Positions 57,858-63,257 of a DNA stretch of 63,257 nt are shown piece after piece. The position numbers and the translations under genes are program-made. Below the pieces are notes generated by a model. That model searched no databases. It was not told the origin of the DNA and saw only the letters and a list, made by a program, of their open reading frames with translations. The first letter of the stretch is position 1, and every line of letters begins with the position of its first letter. This DNA comes from a virus (Duplodnaviria; Caudoviricetes), in the IMG/VR virus record IMGVR_UViG_3300020129_000255, positions 1 to 63,257 of that record. One strand, 5' to 3'.

Positions 57858-57886
57858 ACCGTACCCCCGCGGACGTTAGATGTCAA
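57858..57886 (-). promoter_or_regulatory. Sigma70 promoter
   Basis: TTGACA-17 nt-TACGGT. Confidence 0.6.
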
Positions 57887-58124
57887 TAACATTTTAGTTC
57901 TATACGTACCAAAGGTGTGCAGAACGGTACAGCTTCGCGTCAGCGAAGTGTGCTGGCTCGGTCTGCGCGTACGCTCCGCGTAGCATCTAATGTCGCCCGT
58001 GTGTCATCATAGAGGAGTCGGCTGATCCCCGACCTGTCTCTCTTTGTTGAGGTCAGATTCCATGCGATGGGCGGGCTCTCCTCACAGGGCTCGTCCTATC
58101 GCTACTGTGAGGACTTACAGACAA

Positions 58125-59306
58125 GTGACCCTGCCCACTGAAGTAGCTTCACCCGCCGAAGAATCTCCCCTAGAGTTCGAGCAACGGAACCATTGGAACA
58201 ATTTGAAGGCCCATGTTGGGACTTACTACCACAATCCCGACTATGAGGCGCTGAGGTGCGTCCTCGCAGCTTGCAGAGCCCACCACCATAGCGGAGATCC
58301 CATTTGGTTGTTCGTCATCGGCCCCTCCGGGTCGGGGAAGACCGCCATCATCGTGAACTGTGCCTCGGCGCTCGATCGCACGTTCGTCGAGTCGAACATC
58401 TCTACGAAGTCACTGATCTCTGGGATGGCTGATGGGCAGAAGGCGTCGCTCCTGCAGATCATTGGGACTTCGGGCATCATCGTCTTCAAGGACTTCACTA
58501 CGATCCTGTCGAAGCGGGAGGACGACCAGCGAGAGATCATCTCCCAGTTCCGCGAGGTCTACGATGGGCGGTACAGCATCCGCACCGGCCAGCGTAGCGC
58601 AGTGTGGGAGGGGAAGATTACGGTTATTGCTGCGACGACGCCGGCCATCGAGCGTGCCTGGGCGGTCCATCGGGATCTCGGGGAACGATTCCTACAGGTT
58701 CGTTGGTTCAATGGGGACTCGCTGAAGATTGCAGAGTACGCGCGCAGCCAGAAGGGTAAGGAGAAGACGATCGCTTCGGAGATGCGGGTTCTGACGAAGG
58801 CTTTCTTCAGCCCGCAGACGGTGACGCCGGCCCTGACGGATGAGGAGGGGCAGCGGATCGACACGTTGGCGACGGTCATTGCCCACCTCCGCGGTCACGT
58901 CACCCGTGAGTCGAAGACCCGTGAGGTCATCGATACTGCCCTGCCGGAGGAGCCGACCCGCATTGCGAAGGCGCTGGACTCGTTGGTGTGTCACCATGCT
59001 GGCCTCTTCGGTCGGCCCACCACCACCCCTGCGGACTTTCAGATCGCGCTCCGCGTGGGCTTTGACTCGGTGCCCCATAAGCGCATCCAGATCATGCGTC
59101 AGCTGCCCCCGAACGAGGCCTACCTCGCCTTCCACGAGCTGATTAAGAAGACGAACCTGCCCGAGTCAACGTTGAATTACAACCTGGATGAGCTTAGCGC
59201 CCTTGGGCTGGCGCAGGTCACCCAGGACTCCCTGGGGCAGAAGCAGATCCGCATCCACCCGAACTTCCTAGGGCTATGGTTGCAGGCGACGGGGTCATCC
59301 ACGTGA
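58125..59306 (+). CDS. AAA+ replication ATPase/helicase with C-terminal winged helix
   Basis: GPSGSGKT, VFKDF, REVYDG, AATT and ERF, with wHTH-like tail LPESTLNYNLDELSALGL. Confidence 0.8.
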   Translation: MTLPTEVASPAEESPLEFEQRNHWNNLKAHVGTYYHNPDYEALRCVLAACRAHHHSGDPIWLFVIGPSGSGKTAIIVNCASALDRTFVESNISTKSLISGMADGQKASLLQIIGTSGIIVFKDFTTILSKREDDQREIISQFREVYDGRYSIRTGQRSAVWEGKITVIAATTPAIERAWAVHRDLGERFLQVRWFNGDSLKIAEYARSQKGKEKTIASEMRVLTKAFFSPQTVTPALTDEEGQRIDTLATVIAHLRGHVTRESKTREVIDTALPEEPTRIAKALDSLVCHHAGLFGRPTTTPADFQIALRVGFDSVPHKRIQIMRQLPPNEAYLAFHELIKKTNLPESTLNYNLDELSALGLAQVTQDSLGQKQIRIHPNFLGLWLQATGSST

Positions 59307-59447
59307 CAAAGCATTATTCATACTGATGCTTTTTTGCCACAACAAGTATACCCCCGTCTTGTGTAGTAGAAGAAAATAAAGAACTTATTGCTTTTTTGGT
59401 AAAAGTTAACATCTGTCAGGGCGGGAAATGTGGTGCCGATTTGTCAC
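59303..59447. other. Candidate replication origin
   Basis: AT-rich tract right after the ATPase, bounded by inverted GTGACAAA/TTTGTCAC. Confidence 0.5.
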
Positions 59448-59461
59448 GGTGATGATAAGCG

Positions 59462-59800
59462 ATGACTAAAGCGAAGCCTAAGCGAAAACGTAAGGGTAAA
59501 GCTAAGCTGTTCGTTACGGGCCTGCCGATGCCGCGGCTAGCTCGCTATTGCGTGAAGCCGGGATGCGAGCGCCGGGCTGAGCATCCTCACCACGTGACGT
59601 ATCGTCCCCCGTGCGTGGTCCTGCTGTGCTCGGATTGCCACAGAGAGATCACCGTGGTGAACATCAACGAGGCGGAGCGTACGCGCCAGCGTTTGTCGAA
59701 TCGTCACCGATGGTGGGCCTACGGGCAGTGGCTCCGGGGTGAGCTGCGTCCCGTGATGACCGCGAATGCCGAGCGGTGGCTCAGGTCGTGGAGGCCGTAG
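59462..59800 (+). CDS. HNH-family nuclease
   Basis: C-x4-C...HPHHVTY...LLCSDCH. Confidence 0.7.
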   Translation: MTKAKPKRKRKGKAKLFVTGLPMPRLARYCVKPGCERRAEHPHHVTYRPPCVVLLCSDCHREITVVNINEAERTRQRLSNRHRWWAYGQWLRGELRPVMTANAERWLRSWRP

Positions 59801-60032
59801 GCCGTAGGCTTCGCCTAGCGCAACGTCTCCCACAGCCACACCGCGGCGCCCCACAGGGCTCCGAGGGCCATCAGCAGGACCAGCGTGCCGGCGATCGTGA
59901 GGAGGAGTGTTAGCATACGGTGTGTACGAAGCGTACGCTTACGTCGCGTAGCGCGTCAATCCCGACGTTCCCGTATGGCTTGGTAGATTGCTACGCAGCC
60001 GACGAGGGTGACAAGGAGCCAGACGATGAGGT

Positions 60033-60257
60033 CTACGATTCGCATACTTGGTCATGGTTGCTGGGGTGCTGGGCCAGGGCGAACCATTCGCGTATCGATT
60101 TGACGATTACGAAGCCGCCACAGTTTAGCCCGATGCCTTCGCCATCAGCGGTGACGAATATTGAGTCGGCGTAGAACCTATCAGGGTCGCCAAACCCTAC
60201 ACGGCTCTTGCCGCGCCAAATCTCAACGTCTGTGTTCTTTACTGGCTCTTGGCTCAT
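60033..60257 (-). CDS. Hypothetical protein
   Basis: Start MSQEPV is ATGA-coupled. Confidence 0.65.
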   Translation of the reverse strand: MSQEPVKNTDVEIWRGKSRVGFGDPDRFYADSIFVTADGEGIGLNCGGFVIVKSIREWFALAQHPSNHDQVCES

Positions 60258-60520
60258 CTCTTCTCGCTCTCCTGCCGCTCGGCCATTGCGATATATCGGC
60301 AATCGTTTGGCATGTTGACCATGTTCCAGTTCTTCTCGATGAACTTCGCGCTTGGCTGTGCAGCGGAGCATTGCCGGTATATCAGCCCCTGCCTCAAGCC
60401 TCGCTCGTAGCCCTCGCGTTCACCGCTCAACCGAATCTTGTTGCAGCCGATGTTCGCAACGATGAATGTCAGCCCAGCTATAATCCCAACCGCCATTCCT
60501 AGCAATACGTTGCGCTTCAT
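60254..60520 (-). CDS. Membrane-anchored protein
   Basis: MKRNVLLGMAVGIIAGLTFIVANIGC N-terminus and AGGAG RBS. Confidence 0.6.
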   Translation of the reverse strand: MKRNVLLGMAVGIIAGLTFIVANIGCNKIRLSGEREGYERGLRQGLIYRQCSAAQPSAKFIEKNWNMVNMPNDCRYIAMAERQESEKR

Positions 60521-60632
60521 TTCTTGCTCTCCTGCTGGGTGCGCCGCCGCAGCGTTTCTATTCGCCGCAATACACACCACACGCCAACTAAGAAGCCTAT
60601 CCACAGGCCAAAGACAAACCAGTACGTGCATC

Positions 60633-61256
60633 TCACGGCTTCACCTCCGGCTCCGTAGGCTGGCCCCACTGCTCGGCCATTGCATCTGCGATTCCTTGAA
60701 AAGTTCTGCTGCGCTCTCGCCGGCGCTTCTCGATGTTCCCACCTGGGAACTGGTCTACCCAATGACGGTTGCGGCCGGTCACTCCGTCAATTCGCGGTTG
60801 CACTGGAACGGTCTTTGTTGGCTTTAAAAGTGGAAGATTCTTTAGCCATAAACAGGTTGGCTTGTGTGCCGGATGTCCGAATTGAAATGGCTGAATTATC
60901 TGGTCGGCCGGTCGATAGGCTCGCTGTGGGTACCCCCTCGGATTCTCCACTGCAATTTTCTGGAACGGAGCATCCGCGAGCAAGCGAAAGAATGTCATTG
61001 CTTCTTCGCGCTTTTCTTTGCGTCCGGGCTGCTTGAGCCACACATTGCCGGCGAGTGAAAGGTACTGACACGGCGGATGAGCAATCATCAAATCCCAAGA
61101 TCCCGTCCAGTGTAGAACGTCGATTATGCTCATTTGAAGATGAAATTCCGACCCCTGCTCGCTTGGCAGTAGGTCGCAACTCCAAGCGTCATGCCCGCGC
61201 TTACGAAAGGCTTCGCGCACAACACCACTGAACTCGCAAGCCACCAGCACCCTCAC
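60633..61256 (-). CDS. Phage DNA cytosine methyltransferase
   Basis: VLVACEFSG, WSCD, AHPPC, ENP, QP.QFG and RSRTF.GIA.AMA.QW. Confidence 0.88.
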   Translation of the reverse strand: MRVLVACEFSGVVREAFRKRGHDAWSCDLLPSEQGSEFHLQMSIIDVLHWTGSWDLMIAHPPCQYLSLAGNVWLKQPGRKEKREEAMTFFRLLADAPFQKIAVENPRGYPQRAYRPADQIIQPFQFGHPAHKPTCLWLKNLPLLKPTKTVPVQPRIDGVTGRNRHWVDQFPGGNIEKRRRERSRTFQGIADAMAEQWGQPTEPEVKP

Positions 61257-62833
61257 TTTTCCCCCTCCGGCTCCGCAAGGGCGGCCCGCAGATTCGTCAA
61301 TTCAAAGTCACGCTGCCAATCCTCGACTTCCATTGGGAAGCTATGGATAGCTGTTAATTTGTGAATCCTTGTTTTGTATGATTCTGCAATAGCCACCAGC
61401 GCACTCAGCGAAGCGCGGGGCTGTGAGGCGACAATTTCTTCTCCTTCAGGAACTAGCGTGAAGTCATGGCCGCTGAAATTAGTGACGCAAGTTAGGAGCG
61501 ACAATCTGCCAGTCGCGCAATTCGACATTCCGTAGTAATAATCATCTTGGCTATGCACAAGGCCAAAGAAGCGCCAAAGCTCACCATTCGGCCCTTTGAA
61601 TTGACGCCCAAAAAGGCTTTCCACCTCAGAGATAATTAGTCGCCAGTTTCCATAGCAGATGCATCCTGGGTCGCGGGCGGGCAGCGAAGCGCGGGGTGGG
61701 GGAGCGGCTGCGAGCGCAGCGTTTAATTTACAACGCCAGCAATACTCTGATGGATGGCCGCACGCTTCATGGTCTCCGTGGCACTTGTAGCACTTCTCGT
61801 CTGCGTGGGGCATGTGCTCCACGATAGCGGCCAGATTGGAAATAATATCGGCACGTCGCAATCGCTCGTCACGTTCGTCGGCAATCTTTTGCAGAGCGGG
61901 GTCATTCCACTTTTCGCTCTGCTCCTCAGGCTTGGCGGCTCCGGCGAGAGAACGGATATGGTTCTGCCATTTGAGTGGAATTGTTACCTCGATGAAACTA
62001 CTTTCTCGCCAGCCACAAGAGCACTGAATTACGTATCCGGTTTGCGTATCAACTTTGGATGGCCAGTGCTGCGCCGCCTTCTCAGCCATCTCTTGAGCGC
62101 CGCGTTGATATTCAGTCTCACGTACTCTCGGTGGAGCGCATGGACACTTATATGAGTGAACACGCGGTGCATACTTTCCATCGGAGTTATATTTGCTTTC
62201 GGCTTCAGCGACTCCACAAGTACACTGCGGCTCCCCGCTCTCCAGCGTGGGCGGTTTTTGGCTGGCAAAAGGTTCGATTACTTCGCAGGCTGGCCCGTAA
62301 ACAGCCAAGTCGTCGCGTGTCATGCTTTTTAGTTTGCGAATTTCCGCTGCGACGGGCGAAAGGTCGAGCTTCGTCTCTTTGAAGCGGTCAACTAAGCGAG
62401 CGGCGAACTCTAAGCCTTCGATGACGCCTTCTTCATAGCACGGCCCGTCGTGCTGGCTCTCCAGCGTGGGCTGAGGGGCGGCGGCAAGCTCTGCGTTTAT
62501 AATTCGCAGCACATCATGGCGGAAGTTTAGCGGTATCCACGACAAGCCTAAGATTCTTTCTCGCAAATCAGGAGAAATGGCGCGATTTGTGTGATAGTCA
62601 TTGAAACATAAGCAGGAATGGCCCGGCTCACCGGCTGGAACACGGCGGTCACCATTACAGGTCGGGAAGTGCTTGTACTCTTTGCGTGGCTCCTGCGCTG
62701 GCGTGGGCTGATTCGCTGGGCGGGCGGCGAGCGCACCACACTCACCTTCATGGCCCTTAGGTAGATAGCAGGTAAAATCATTCAGCCCGTAACATTTGTA
62801 GCAAAAGCGTGGCTCCGGCTTCCCGTCGCTCAT
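61253..62833 (-). CDS. Mosaic multi-module hypothetical protein
   Basis: Start MSDGKPE. Cys/His-rich modules separated by repeated PTLES and PRASL linkers. Confidence 0.7.
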   Translation of the reverse strand: MSDGKPEPRFCYKCYGLNDFTCYLPKGHEGECGALAARPANQPTPAQEPRKEYKHFPTCNGDRRVPAGEPGHSCLCFNDYHTNRAISPDLRERILGLSWIPLNFRHDVLRIINAELAAAPQPTLESQHDGPCYEEGVIEGLEFAARLVDRFKETKLDLSPVAAEIRKLKSMTRDDLAVYGPACEVIEPFASQKPPTLESGEPQCTCGVAEAESKYNSDGKYAPRVHSYKCPCAPPRVRETEYQRGAQEMAEKAAQHWPSKVDTQTGYVIQCSCGWRESSFIEVTIPLKWQNHIRSLAGAAKPEEQSEKWNDPALQKIADERDERLRRADIISNLAAIVEHMPHADEKCYKCHGDHEACGHPSEYCWRCKLNAALAAAPPPRASLPARDPGCICYGNWRLIISEVESLFGRQFKGPNGELWRFFGLVHSQDDYYYGMSNCATGRLSLLTCVTNFSGHDFTLVPEGEEIVASQPRASLSALVAIAESYKTRIHKLTAIHSFPMEVEDWQRDFELTNLRAALAEPEGEK

Positions 62834-63021
62834 GGATGCTCCTCTGTTGGTTCCCAAGCTGTCACTGAAATTGAGAGCATGATGCGAACGCGGAAATCTC
62901 TGTCGCAATCTCCGCACGTCCAATCGGTCAGCATCTCGTCTACCGATTCAGATAAGTCATTGCTTTCGCCGCAGAATGGGCACTGGACGCGCTGAACGTC
63001 ATTCGTATACGTTTCGCTCAT
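62830..63021 (-). CDS. Small Zn-ribbon protein
   Basis: CPFCG...CGDC...F. Confidence 0.7.
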   Translation of the reverse strand: MSETYTNDVQRVQCPFCGESNDLSESVDEMLTDWTCGDCDRDFRVRIMLSISVTAWEPTEEHP

Positions 63022-63221
63022 TTCCCGCTCCTTACCTGGCGCTCAGTTTCAAACTGTGAGAAGTTGTAGCCGCTTCCATCTGGATACAGCGGAACGTCTA
63101 ACAGGCCAGCTAGAGCCGCCGTGTGCTCGCGGTGGGCCATCTCATCTCGGCAACAAGAGCAACCCTCTGACCGCATGTAATCGGCAACCGCTTGGCGAAT
63201 AGCTTCTAGTTTAGGTTTCAC
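63018..63221 (-). CDS. Conserved phage hypothetical protein
   Basis: AVADYMRSEGCSCC...Y.DGSGYNF. Spans the circular junction. Confidence 0.7.
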   Translation of the reverse strand: MKPKLEAIRQAVADYMRSEGCSCCRDEMAHREHTAALAGLLDVPLYPDGSGYNFSQFETERQVRSGK

Positions 63222-63257
63222 GTCTCCCGCTCCAGTGCGGCAAAGGCCGCGTCATAC
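63131..63257. repeat. End overlap copy of 1..127
   Basis: Exact duplicate of the window start. Confidence 0.95.

Larger units (their letters stand above)
1..63130. mobile_element. Complete temperate phage genome (podovirus-like module order, no tape measure)
   Basis: Terminase, portal, scaffold, capsid, adaptor, nozzle, ejection proteins, lysis genes, PolA and int/xis are all present. Ends are circular. Confidence 0.93.

Overview
This window looks like the complete, circularly assembled genome of a temperate, short-tailed (P22-like module order) dsDNA phage. It is about 63,130 bp plus a 127-bp end overlap. The host is probably an Acidobacteriota member, inferred from the style of the integrase N-terminus and the secreted beta-helix protein. 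The plus strand from 5971 to about 39130 carries the terminase, portal, small head-associated proteins, scaffold, major capsid protein, adaptor/nozzle, ejection proteins, fibres and lysis genes. The minus strand carries two early arms with nucleotide metabolism genes, PolA, a primase zinc finger, recombination genes, xis/attP/int, a methyltransferase and many small ORFs. A short plus-strand ATPase/origin/HNH block lies at 58.1-59.8 kb. The most striking signal is that all four fibre/spike-like proteins have Sec signal peptides and even, locally paired cysteine counts, which suggests exported, disulfide-folded virion appendages. Other notable observations are a glycosyltransferase fused to a DnaA domain-I-like module, a circularly permuted Cas4/RecB-like nuclease, a shared F-x-[KRQ]-[ML]-G tag in small head-region proteins, three CUACU-loop hairpins flanking the scaffold-capsid cassette, and a multi-branch structured element next to attP. 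All family calls come from motif recognition by eye; no searches were run.
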